Notes: generated by a model not told the origin, from the sequence alone. 64,000 nucleotides of DNA from an uncultured Candidatus Saccharibacteria bacterium (GCA_964350935.1 CAYGLL010000003.1:1487-65486); one strand, 5' to 3'; shown: positions 38,392 to 47,044, counted from the first letter of the stretch. Program-made: numbers and translations.

Positions 38392-38508
38392 ATGTGGATA
38401 AAGGACAAAGTCTCTTAGTCTTATATATGTCTTATAAATGGCTCTACTGAGCCTTAAGATGTCCAAAATGCTACATATCTAAAAAGTTACACGTGAAACA
38501 CGTTTTAT

Positions 38509-38925
38509 ATGAAAGAGGAGGACATAACATTACAAGTCGGGGTTAAAATTTTGCTTAAAAATAGTAAAGGTGAGTTCTTGGTTCTTCTTAGATCCCGAAT
38601 AAAATACGGAAATTTTGGAGATATGTGGGATATTCCAGGTGGCAGAATAATCCCCGGAACTGACTTAATCGAAAATCTTAGACGGGAAATTAAGGAGGAA
38701 ACAGGTCTAAATTACACGGGAATACCGGTTTTAGTGGCCGCTCAGGATGTTTTGAGACATAAAGACAAGCATGTAGTTCGTTTAACGTATATAGGTGAGT
38801 TAGACGGAGTGCCTGTTTTAGACGACGAAAATACTGAATATAAGTGGCTAACTCTCCCAGAAATGAAGAAAATGAATGATTTAGACCAGTATGTGCGGGA
38901 ACTACTCAAACGCGATTTTATTTAG
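38509..38925 (+). CDS. NUDIX hydrolase
   Basis: Nudix box GGRIIPGTDLIENLRREIKEETGL. Confidence 0.75.
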   Translation: MKEEDITLQVGVKILLKNSKGEFLVLLRSRIKYGNFGDMWDIPGGRIIPGTDLIENLRREIKEETGLNYTGIPVLVAAQDVLRHKDKHVVRLTYIGELDGVPVLDDENTEYKWLTLPEMKKMNDLDQYVRELLKRDFI

Positions 38926-38934
38926 GCTCATCCT

Positions 38935-39330
38935 ATGGAAAAATGGAGTGAAAAGCGACAATTTGGTAATAAGGGTGAGGAAATAGCCACAAAATTCCTT
39001 ATTTCAAACGGTTTTGAGATTAAAGAAAGGAACTTTTTGCGAAAATATGGCGAAATAGACATTGTTGCACGTTCAAAAGACAACGTTTTTCATTTTATTG
39101 AGGTAAAAAGTGTTTCCCGTGAAAGCACTGACGGTGATAAGAAGGATGAATTTAGGCCGGAAGACAATATTACTCCGGAAAAAATACGAAGTTTGTCGCG
39201 AGTTATTCAGGTATATATCGAAGAAAAAAAGCTCGACGACTTTGACTGGGTGTTTTCGATAATAACGGTAAAGATTGATGAGAAAAATAAGGTTGCACGA
39301 GTAAAATTCATCGAAGATATTGTCCTTTAG
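38935..39330 (+). CDS. yraN: YraN/UPF0102-family endonuclease-like protein
   Basis: GNKGEEIATKFLISNGFEIKERNFLRKYGEIDIVA..FIEVK. Confidence 0.65.
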   Translation: MEKWSEKRQFGNKGEEIATKFLISNGFEIKERNFLRKYGEIDIVARSKDNVFHFIEVKSVSRESTDGDKKDEFRPEDNITPEKIRSLSRVIQVYIEEKKLDDFDWVFSIITVKIDEKNKVARVKFIEDIVL

Positions 39331-39373
39331 TGCGTTCTTGATTTCTGTGTTAAACTCAACTTTCGGGTAATTA

Positions 39374-39444
39374 CGGGGCGTAGTGCAACGGTAGCATACT
39401 TGATTTGGGATCAAGCGGTCCGAGTTCAAATCTCGGCGCCCCGA
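39374..39444 (+). tRNA. tRNA-Pro (anticodon TGG), no encoded CCA
   Basis: Acceptor CGGGGCG/CGCCCCG, anticodon loop TTTGGGA and T-loop TTCAAAT. Confidence 0.65.
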
Positions 39445-39665
39445 CACGAACGAAGTGAAGTGACGGCGAGAAAAGCGCCTGCGCGCTTTTCGGCCGAGAT
39501 TTGAAAAGGTTCTCCCATATCGAACGCCGGCTTGTGCGGCGTGAGATGGGAAACCTGTACTGAAGCTGTAAGCTTCAAATCTATTTGTATAATGTTAATA
39601 AACTAGGGGATTTCTTGTGGATTTGATGTTGAAAGATGTTTGTGTTATCAAATATCTACACGACA

Positions 39666-39986
39666 ATGTCAACAACTTTTAAGAAAAATACTGAAGACTT
39701 TGTGTGCGAGAAGTGTGGTTTTTCAGTGGTAGGTGACGGATACACTAACCATTGTCCAAAATGTTTGTGGAGCAAGCACGTCGACGTAAATCCGGGGGAT
39801 AGGGCAGAGGTGTGTAAAGGAATGATGGAACCTCGTGACGTTGTGTTTGAGCGCGGGGGATACGTTCTTGTTCATCGCTGCGTGAAGTGTGGCTATGAAA
39901 AAAGAAATAAGGTTGATGAGCGTGATGATTTTGATAAAGCAATTGAAATTGCAAAAAAGAACTCGCGGAAGTATATGGATATGTAG
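39666..39986 (+). CDS. RNHCP-domain zinc-ribbon protein
   Basis: FVCEKCGF..GYTNHCPKCLWSKH...HRCVKCGYEK. Start taken at MSTTFKKN. Confidence 0.5.
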   Translation: MSTTFKKNTEDFVCEKCGFSVVGDGYTNHCPKCLWSKHVDVNPGDRAEVCKGMMEPRDVVFERGGYVLVHRCVKCGYEKRNKVDERDDFDKAIEIAKKNSRKYMDM

Positions 39987-40199
39987 GCCCGCTCCAACTG
40001 TTTTTACAAAACACGCATATCCGTCTACTGACGGATTGCTATGCTTGGCTCGTCAGCCTGCGCAATGTTTTGTAAATGCCAGTTCTCGCTTTGGTGGCTA
40101 GTGGTATACTTCGTATTCTAACTTCGGATACAAATTGCTCTGCGAAGAGCAATTTGTTACGATACAGCGCACTGTGAGGTGTATTTTGAAATAAGAAAT

Positions 40200-40270
40200 G
40201 CGGGACTAGTTTAATGGTAGAATAGAAGTTTTCCAAACTTTTGGTGGGAGTTCGATTCTCCCGTCCCGCA
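40200..40270 (+). tRNA. tRNA-Gly (anticodon TCC), no encoded CCA
   Basis: Acceptor GCGGGAC/GTCCCGC, anticodon loop TTTCCAA and T-loop TTCGATT. Confidence 0.65.
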
Positions 40271-40430
40271 CAGCAATGAGCGCAGCGAATATGCTGTGCG
40301 AGGACAGCAAGCACCTACGTGCTTGCGTGGGAGAATCGAAAAGCTTCTCCCATATTTTCGAGTCATTCTTATGCTGAGAAAATGGGAAAGCTGCACTGCT
40401 CCTGTAGGGAGCGATTTCGTCCCGCACAGA

Positions 40431-41198
40431 TTAATTTGTCACAGGAGTTGAGATTTTCCAGATTTCCTCAAACTGAACCTTGATTAGTTGTGCAAAATCT
40501 TTACTTTGGACCACGAAACCAAAACCTTCTTTTTCTGATGAAAGAAATGCCACTTTGTCTTCGTACATCCAGTAACCCATATCCCAGGTCATACTTTCGG
40601 GAGCGATTCGTAAATCTCGCAAGTGTTCTTCACCGGACCCTAAATAAGGAAATTTTTTCGTATCTAAAACACGATCTTTTGGCCAAATGACCCTTAAAAA
40701 TATGTTTCTCTTAATTCTTTTTTCGTTTAAATCTTTCAGATATTCATCTCCAAGTATTTTCATCATCTCACTCATCGGCCACATGAGAATTGTCTCTATG
40801 TTTCGATTCATCATTATGTGGTTGATCACCTGCTTCACGCCTTCTTTTCCGGAATAGAATTTAATTCGAGGCTCGATAGAATCAGTTTTACGTAAAAGAT
40901 CCGAAAGAGATTTTTTAAATTCACTTTTTTCATTTTCAAGTGCTTTGATTTTGTCGTTCAAGAGTTCCTCAATGTTCCTAACATTATCAATTGAGAATAT
41001 TTTCTTACCGTCTTCACTTCGCTGCGTTACTAAACCATGCTGAATTAGAATTTTAAGGTGATCGTAGACTGATGAGCGGGGGATAGAAACTCTTTCGGCA
41101 AGTTTTCGCGCGTTAGTCGGCCCCTTACTTACAAGTTCATTAAAAACTTGCTGGGCAATTGGTGATAGATCGAGTTCCTCAAAGATTTTCTTAAACAT
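40431..41198 (-). CDS. TrmB-family transcriptional regulator (paralog 2 of 4)
   Basis: N-terminal wHTH NARKLAERVSIPRSSVYDHLKILIQHGLV and a TrmB-like C-terminus. Confidence 0.6.
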   Translation of the reverse strand: MFKKIFEELDLSPIAQQVFNELVSKGPTNARKLAERVSIPRSSVYDHLKILIQHGLVTQRSEDGKKIFSIDNVRNIEELLNDKIKALENEKSEFKKSLSDLLRKTDSIEPRIKFYSGKEGVKQVINHIMMNRNIETILMWPMSEMMKILGDEYLKDLNEKRIKRNIFLRVIWPKDRVLDTKKFPYLGSGEEHLRDLRIAPESMTWDMGYWMYEDKVAFLSSEKEGFGFVVQSKDFAQLIKVQFEEIWKISTPVTN

Positions 41199-41324
41199 CC
41201 TTCTATTATAAGGCTTTATAGTTATTTGTCGAAATTCGACGACAGATAGACATATTTGACAAAGTTTGATAAAGTATGTAAAGAAAAATCAGAGTATTAG
41301 GAATTCAACCGAATTCCCTCTGGT

Positions 41325-41624
41325 TTGAAAAGTTGTTTGAAAGTTCAACTTATGAAAGAAATTCTTCACAATGTCCTTATCCTCTGTCACGTCGTAACCA
41401 TTATTGGGGCATTGGGTTTCCCCTTCATCTCCCTCACAGTGTGTGGGGTAATGGCTATTCGTGAGAGCTTGGAGGATCTTGATTATTACGGTATCGACGG
41501 TTTTATCAAGGAAAAGTGGTGCAACAGACATGATCGGCTGCTCAGTTCGTTTGCTCTATGTATCTTTCCGATTTGCACACTAGTTACTTTGGGATGGATG
41601 GCGGTAAAACTGTTTGGCCCATAA
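41325..41624 (+). CDS. small membrane protein
   Basis: 99 aa with two or three TM helices, divergent from the TrmB-like gene. Confidence 0.35.
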   Translation: MKSCLKVQLMKEILHNVLILCHVVTIIGALGFPFISLTVCGVMAIRESLEDLDYYGIDGFIKEKWCNRHDRLLSSFALCIFPICTLVTLGWMAVKLFGP

Positions 41625-41877
41625 AAAGAAAGGAAAAATTATGTACGTGATACCAACTGTGCTACTCATCTGCATCATAGAACTATTCATTCTGCCCAAA
41701 ATCAAATGTGTTGGGCGGTATTGGCAGGTCCAGGCTGAACACAAAGCGAAGTTAGGAGAGGAGGAGCGCTACAACTACCCCGATCCAGACCGAATGACCA
41801 ACCAGTGGCTTGCCGGTTCAGCTCTTCTCTACCTCGGACTCTTGGCTCTGGGAATTAGTCTTAGTTTCATCCATTGA
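41614..41877 (+). CDS. small membrane protein
   Basis: 87 aa with TM helices at both ends, overlapping the upstream ORF by 11 bp. Confidence 0.35.
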   Translation: MAHKKKGKIMYVIPTVLLICIIELFILPKIKCVGRYWQVQAEHKAKLGEEERYNYPDPDRMTNQWLAGSALLYLGLLALGISLSFIH

Positions 41878-41902
41878 GCCATGTGTTTTAGCTCTTCATA
41901 AC

Positions 41903-41970
41903 AACCTGATCGCAGGATCAGGTTGTTTTTCTATTTGCAAAAAGAAATATTTTTTGAATTTACCTCGGAC
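41903..41970. repeat. ~70-bp repeat copy 1 (terminator hairpin + conserved tail), shared with 43526-43595
   Basis: aacctgatcgcaggatcaggtt+TTTTT, then ctatttgcaaaaagaaatattttttgaattt, almost identical to the copy at 43526. Confidence 0.6.
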
Positions 41971-41984
41971 AGTCTGCTTTGCAC

Positions 41985-42800
41985 TTACTTCTCCTTACTT
42001 ATACTCCAGATTGTATCGAACCAGCCTTTCATGGTGTTGCTGAAGTCGACACTTTCAAACAGTGTTCCGAATATTTCATGTGCCATGGTGATAATTGCTA
42101 CGCGCGAGTCATAGATCATAATCATAGAGTCAAAATTGATTGATTTCGGGGGAATGCGCACTTCGCGGTTGTTTGTCGGGTCGGCCTCATATTTTTTGTT
42201 AAATCCTTCAAGCGATTCTGCATACAGGATTTTATTTTTTATTCCCCACTTAGACCGGTCTTTAATGTAGTTAGTCACATATTCTTTCCCGAATCGTTCA
42301 TAGATACCTTCGTACACAGCTGTCCGAACAAGTTTTTCTTTTGAGGTAAGACTGTCCCGGTATAATTTTTTTACACCTTCAGTTCCTTCAAAATATTGAA
42401 CGCGCGGCTGAACAATAGGGCCTTTATATTTTTTTTTTCCTAGCGATTCGCTTAATTTTTTAACATCAGCCTCTAATTTTTTGAGATCCGACAATTTTTC
42501 AGAATGAAGGGATAAAAGTTTTTCAGGCCCCGCAAACATTATTTTTCGGCCATACTCTGCTCCCAGATTCCAGCACAAACCCTTTTCTTCGAGTGATTCA
42601 ATGACGTTATAGGCGTTAGATCGGGTAAGTCCGGTGAGTTTGGCGAGAGCACTCACTACGAGTGGTGGGGAAGTGATTCCCTGAAGATATACACGTTGTT
42701 CGATTTCTGTAACCCCTAGTCTACTTAGTATTAAGGCTGTATTATTCTGTTGTCCAAATTCTGTGGGCATATATACATTATCATATATCAATGATATCCT
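41985..42800 (-). CDS. TrmB-family transcriptional regulator (paralog 3 of 4)
   Basis: wHTH LVVSALAKLTGLTRSNAYNVIESLEEKGL. The start is set at MPTEFGQ, because the track's longer ORF would overlap the divergent gene. Confidence 0.55.
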   Translation of the reverse strand, partial: RISLIYDNVYMPTEFGQQNNTALILSRLGVTEIEQRVYLQGITSPPLVVSALAKLTGLTRSNAYNVIESLEEKGLCWNLGAEYGRKIMFAGPEKLLSLHSEKLSDLKKLEADVKKLSESLGKKKYKGPIVQPRVQYFEGTEGVKKLYRDSLTSKEKLVRTAVYEGIYERFGKEYVTNYIKDRSKWGIKNKILYAESLEGFNKKYEADPTNNREVRIPPKSINFDSMIMIYDSRVAIITMAHEIFGTLFESVDFSNTMKGWFDTIWSISKEK

Positions 42801-42818
42801 TTTGTCAATTGGGCTAAT

Positions 42819-43514
42819 GTGGCTCAAGTGAACATTGAAAAGGCGCTTATGAAGAAAACAGAACTTACGAAACTCATTTTGGAAAAACTTGGTGGTGAAA
42901 GTGAAGCCCGGAAGTTTCTCCTTGGCGAAAAGCGGTTGGTTGATGCAGATGTATATCAACGAATATTACATATGGAGAATGTTGTGGTTGGTGACCAGCA
43001 AGTAGCAGACTCGATACCATACAGACCACTGTGCATTCTAAAAACAGGACCTCGGTTTTTTGGGAATCGTCGGCTACAGCTTCTGTGTGCAAAAGTGGTG
43101 GGATTGGAAGTTGAACCGGAGCTCGGAGCGTGGTGGTTACGAACACGCCGTTCCATAACGACCAAAAGTAATATTGAGTTGGAGTTGGTTACGGTTACAC
43201 CAAAAAGCCTCGGTGTTACCCAGTATCATAATGGGGGTTACAAAAAGATATACGAAAAAGCATGGGAATTAGGTCTCTCTGTATGTCCTTTCGATCTAGC
43301 ATTCGACATTGCGATGCTCCAAAAGCAAAGAAAATTGGAGGGGGACTATATAATCGGTAAAAAGTCCCCACCCTCCGGTGAGATTGCAGGAGTTTTTACT
43401 CGGGGTAGGAAGAAGCCTTTTGTGAAAATCGTGTATCTCGAATCAAGTTTATGTGATCCTGAGGAAAAATGGATCTTTGTTTGGCGAAAGGCACTTTACA
43501 GCGAGAATGTGTAA
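42819..43514 (+). CDS. hypothetical protein
   Basis: 231-aa ORF divergent from the TrmB-like paralog; the start is uncertain. Confidence 0.35.
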   Translation: MAQVNIEKALMKKTELTKLILEKLGGESEARKFLLGEKRLVDADVYQRILHMENVVVGDQQVADSIPYRPLCILKTGPRFFGNRRLQLLCAKVVGLEVEPELGAWWLRTRRSITTKSNIELELVTVTPKSLGVTQYHNGGYKKIYEKAWELGLSVCPFDLAFDIAMLQKQRKLEGDYIIGKKSPPSGEIAGVFTRGRKKPFVKIVYLESSLCDPEEKWIFVWRKALYSENV

Positions 43515-43525
43515 TAATTCGTAAA

Positions 43526-43595
43526 CGGCCTGATCGCAAGATCAGGCCGTTTTTCTACTTACAAAAAGAAATATTTTTTGAATTTGCTGCGAAAC
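43526..43595. repeat. ~70-bp repeat copy 2
   Basis: cggcctgatcgcaagatcaggccg+TTTTT, then ctacttacaaaaagaaatattttttgaattt. Confidence 0.6.
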
Positions 43596-44392
43596 ATGTC
43601 GGCTTTGCGTTTGTTGCGCGTAACAGAAAACCGGTTTTTACCTTTTTGTGAAAGGATTTTTTCGAGTTCTTGTTTTTCAGCTTCTCCAAAATCCTTACTC
43701 TTTTGGTAAAAGGATTCAATATCACCGCATACTTTTTTATCGAGCCAGACCTCGATCACAAAATCACCAATAATGTTCACGTAGTAATTATTTTTTTCAA
43801 ACAATCCTTTTTCGAGCATTTCGTAGTGTGTAGTGGTCGTTCCTAAAAATGTTTTGGCAAGTTTATCAAGCGGAGTACGATTGGCACACAATATAGCTAG
43901 TTTTTGTCTCCGACCAGCAATTTTTTTAAAAAGCCCTGTCTCGTTTTCAGTTCGCGCGAGTAAAAACCATTCGTGAGGGTTGTAAATAAGCACGGGGAGT
44001 TGCGGGGAGGAGGTTTCAACGAGCGTAATAAAAACGTGCGACCAAAATGCGTCAGTAAGCACTGGATTTTTGAAGTAGTACTGAATTTTTTCTCCTTGGT
44101 GCAGATTGAGAAAGGTGTTGTTAGGAGAATCGGTATTTCTGATTGCGTGTTCGGCTTTTCTAAAAAATTCCTCCATTGAAGAAATCCAGACACCGCTCAA
44201 ACTGATATTTTTTTTGTGAACCACGACCACCTCGGTTTTTTTAAGTTTTCGGATCGTCTGATAAACACCCTGTTTGGTGGTTTTTGGCCGCTTGTTTTTG
44301 ATTATTTCAATGAGTTTAACGATTGGGAGCGGGCCACTTTGAAGGTGTACAAAAATATAGTCTTCAGTTGAGATCGGGGATAGGAGATTCAT
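43559..44392 (-). CDS. divergent TrmB-like/wHTH regulator (paralog 4 of 4)
   Basis: N-terminal HTH-like IVKLIEIIKNKRPKTTKQGVYQTIRKLKK. The C-terminus, FYLQKEIFFEF in the other frame, lies inside the shared repeat. Confidence 0.4.
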   Translation of the reverse strand: MNLLSPISTEDYIFVHLQSGPLPIVKLIEIIKNKRPKTTKQGVYQTIRKLKKTEVVVVHKKNISLSGVWISSMEEFFRKAEHAIRNTDSPNNTFLNLHQGEKIQYYFKNPVLTDAFWSHVFITLVETSSPQLPVLIYNPHEWFLLARTENETGLFKKIAGRRQKLAILCANRTPLDKLAKTFLGTTTTHYEMLEKGLFEKNNYYVNIIGDFVIEVWLDKKVCGDIESFYQKSKDFGEAEKQELEKILSQKGKNRFSVTRNKRKADMFRSKFKKYFFL

Positions 44393-44540
44393 AGAGATAC
44401 CCTAGCAGAGGAGTACCTAAAAGTAAACAAATTATTTACTTTTTATTATAAAAATAAGGATATTTTGACATAAACTACTAAATATTGTATAGTTGCAGCA
44501 GAAGAAAGCTATTGTTGCTTTCAGAACTTTGAAAGGAAAC

Positions 44541-44822
44541 ATGAAAAAAATCTTGTTAAGTGTCCTCTACTTGTCAACACTGGTTTGTTTGGTAGGAGTT
44601 GCCTGGAAATTCTGCGGTCCGATCAAACACACCAAAGAAATTGTGAACGTTGTTTATCGGGGTTACCGAACAAGTTTTGAAGTTCACCGAGTTCGAGTAA
44701 ACGAATTTACCGGAGCGTTTTGGATGTTCGGCATTTACGTCATTCCTTTTTTAGCTTTTGCAGGTATCAGCCTAATAGGTTTGAGTGATATCGGAGCTTC
44801 AAAAAAGGAAAATGAGGGCTGA
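44541..44822 (+). CDS. small membrane protein
   Basis: Start at MKKILLSVLYLSTLV. It has two TM helices. Confidence 0.35.
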   Translation: MKKILLSVLYLSTLVCLVGVAWKFCGPIKHTKEIVNVVYRGYRTSFEVHRVRVNEFTGAFWMFGIYVIPFLAFAGISLIGLSDIGASKKENEG

Positions 44823-45013
44823 ATTGAGATCTCATGTCACATGCGCCGCTAACAAAACGCACCAACCCGAGCACTATTTCGGCGGAATAGTGCTCACTGT
44901 CTCGGAATGTGTGTTCCGACTGATGAGTCCGAGCCTAAACCGCTAAGCGGTCGGCCAAGCAGGACGAAACAGGGAAGTAGTTCCTTGAAAACAACAAAAA
45001 ACCTACAAAATCT

Positions 45014-45631
45014 ATGAACTGCACAAACATGAACCCGGTAATTCTGATTGAAGAAATCAAGAAGGTGGAAGCGGTAGTTACACCAATTCCGATCGATAAA
45101 GACGCAAACATCCGCGTCTTACTTGAAGAGTGGTCCAAGCGCCACCCAGTCATTCGGGACGTAATTGATGGAAAGACAACTGTCATGGAGTACCTGACAC
45201 CGTTTGCGGAAGACTTGAGCGGCCTCAGCCTCTTCAAGCGGTTGAAACTCAACCACAAACACGATCTGCGGGTGCTTAATTTCACTGACGAAGCACTTTC
45301 AGTGAAGGGGTATGAGGGGGGAAGTAGCGGAAGGGGAGGAGGGCACTATGTCTCAATAACCGAAGGACCAGATGGCTTACCGTATGTCGGAGGAACTTTT
45401 TGGTTTCTTATGACAATCGCACTTCTGGTTTTAAGCTTAGGTTTCTTCTCTGAACCAGCTCGAGGTTGGCCTGCAGGAATGTTTTGCTTCGCTTTGTCTT
45501 GTTTCTGCGGCCTTGCCACCTATTCCACATGGTTTTATGGACCGTTCGAGTTCACACGAGAACTTGTTCCGGTTCTGAAGGATAGGGCAGAATACCTCGA
45601 CGAAATCATCAGGCGCTCTTACCCGCGCTGA
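45014..45631 (+). CDS. hypothetical membrane protein
   Basis: 205 aa with a Gly-rich segment SSGRGGGH followed by two TM helices. Confidence 0.35.
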   Translation: MNCTNMNPVILIEEIKKVEAVVTPIPIDKDANIRVLLEEWSKRHPVIRDVIDGKTTVMEYLTPFAEDLSGLSLFKRLKLNHKHDLRVLNFTDEALSVKGYEGGSSGRGGGHYVSITEGPDGLPYVGGTFWFLMTIALLVLSLGFFSEPARGWPAGMFCFALSCFCGLATYSTWFYGPFEFTRELVPVLKDRAEYLDEIIRRSYPR

Positions 45632-45663
45632 TTCGGTAGGTTTCTCAACAAGAAAGGTGAAAT

Positions 45664-45936
45664 ATGAAAAAAATTACTGCACCGATTCTGGCATGGGCAA
45701 GGAGAAAAGGGGCACAAATCGATGAGTTCTTCGCAAAGAAATCAGAAGATCAGCTTACAAAATACGCAATTGTCACCCTCGTTAGTTTGGTGGCTCTTGA
45801 TCTCGGGTTGTTGATTTTGCAGATCAAACTCAATTCCCCGGGCTGGTTGGTCTGTGTTCAGGGTTTCTTTTGGCTCGTCACTGTATTATTTAGGGCGGGG
45901 TTCTTTGCAGTCAGTTCGACGGGACGTGATCTTTGA
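45664..45936 (+). CDS. small membrane protein
   Basis: 90 aa with two TM helices and a terminator at 45945-45977. Confidence 0.35.
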   Translation: MKKITAPILAWARRKGAQIDEFFAKKSEDQLTKYAIVTLVSLVALDLGLLILQIKLNSPGWLVCVQGFFWLVTVLFRAGFFAVSSTGRDL

Positions 45937-45944
45937 AATCCACA

Positions 45945-46037
45945 ACCGCTCTCACAGAAATGTGGGAGCGGTTTTTCTATACCCAACGAAAAAACCGCTG
46001 GCCTAAAACCTTACGGTTCGGCTGAAAGCGGTTTTTT
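45945..46037. terminator. two successive terminator hairpins between convergent genes
   Basis: accgctctcacagaaatgtgggagcggt+TTTTT, then aaaaaaccgct...agcggttttttcg. Confidence 0.55.
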
Positions 46038-46074
46038 CGTTCTCCGGAGAAACGGAGTAAATAAATCGAGCGAT

Positions 46075-46347
46075 TTATTTTACAGCGTCCTTCAACGCTT
46101 TTGCTGCGCGGAACTTCGGCACTTTCATTGCGGCGACCTGAATGGTCTCACCGGTGCGTGGGTTTCGTGCCTGGCGAGCGGCGCGGGTCTTTACTGAAAA
46201 GATGCCCAAACCTGCGATTGATACTTCCTCACCCTTTTTGAGAGTGCTGATGATCGTATCAATCATCTTGTCTACTGCCTGCTCTGCCTGAACCTTCGTG
46301 CCGCCCAACAATACGTGGACAGCCTCTACGATACCTTGCTTGTTCAT
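46075..46347 (-). CDS. hup: HU-family DNA-binding protein
   Basis: GLGIFSVKTRAARQARNPRTGETIQVAAMKVPKFRAAKALKDAV. Confidence 0.85.
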   Translation of the reverse strand: MNKQGIVEAVHVLLGGTKVQAEQAVDKMIDTIISTLKKGEEVSIAGLGIFSVKTRAARQARNPRTGETIQVAAMKVPKFRAAKALKDAVK

Positions 46348-46439
46348 GTGTTTATTATTTAAACGACCTTAGTAAATTGTCGACAATACAACGGAATAAT
46401 TATATAAGAGGCCATTTTTTATGCAATCAATAGATAAAG

Positions 46440-46468
46440 TTGACAATATATATACAATATGGTACAAT
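46440..46468 (+). promoter_or_regulatory. consensus sigma70 promoter TTGACA-17-TACAAT
   Basis: A perfect -35 hexamer, a 17-bp spacer and a near-consensus -10 hexamer. Confidence 0.55.
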
Positions 46469-46474
46469 ATACCC

Positions 46475-46711
46475 CGAATACGGATCGACGGGAAACGCTC
46501 AAAACGAAAGGAACTGAAATATGCACAGTGGCTCGTTTCAAAAAGGGTCCCGCGGTGGATCCAGTCGAAAACAGAAACCGCCTAATCTTGTCGTGCTTTA
46601 TCGGCGCGCCAAGAAAAAGGAGTCACGGGAAGGGTGGCCGCCGGGTGCGAGGGCGCGCCGGGACTAACACTCTTCCAATAAGGCGGCGAACCCTCGGTTC
46701 GCCGCCTTTTC
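46475..46711 (+). ncRNA. promoter-to-terminator bounded ~235-nt GC-rich structured transcript (candidate sRNA / riboswitch-like leader; also contains a 48-aa basic ORF 46521-46667)
   Basis: Bounded by a strong promoter and the terminator aggcggcgaaccctcggttcgccgcct+TTTT. A 9-bp GC stem cggcgcgcc...ggcgcgccg is present. The RBS aaaggaa sits 8 nt before the ATG of MHSGSFQKGSRGGSSRKQKPPNLVVLYRRAKKKESREGWPPGARARRD. Confidence 0.35.
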
Positions 46712-46810
46712 TCTTAAAGACAAATCGATGTCCTTGAGAAAAGTATTGATAGCTCATAGAGAATGGTGTAGGGTGGGGAAAGACTGAAATCAATTCTGAA
46801 CGCCATTGTT

Positions 46811-47044
46811 ATGAAGAAAGAATTCACACCGGAAGAACGTCAGCAGCGGGCTGAGTATTATGCAAAGCGAATCGCCCGTTATCTCATTGTAATGATTCTC
46901 GCACTTATAGCACTTCTCTTTTTATGGCTCATCAGCAAATGGACGAGTGAGCCTAAGGAAGAAAGGGAACCTCGTCGTCCACAAAACTACGCTTTCTGCC
47001 CCGCACCGCGCGGGGCTTTTTCTTTATCAGCGTATAAATATTGA
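46811..47044 (+). CDS. small membrane protein
   Basis: 77 aa with one TM helix. Confidence 0.35.
   Translation: MKKEFTPEERQQRAEYYAKRIARYLIVMILALIALLFLWLISKWTSEPKEEREPRRPQNYAFCPAPRGAFSLSAYKY

Noticed and set aside
37777-38466. ORFs of 72-107 aa on both strands across the tRNA region (e.g. 37943-38185, 38064-38336, 38143-38466)
   Set aside because: They are antisense or overlapping translations of tRNA genes and GC-rich structured trailers (the classic GRIELPSHPWQGRVLPLNH tRNA-antisense peptide).
46459-46737. Track ORF of 92 aa between hup and the membrane-protein genes
   Set aside because: Its frame runs through the promoter -10 element and the terminator hairpin. The region is better explained as a bounded transcript, so it is reported as an ncRNA/small-ORF candidate instead.
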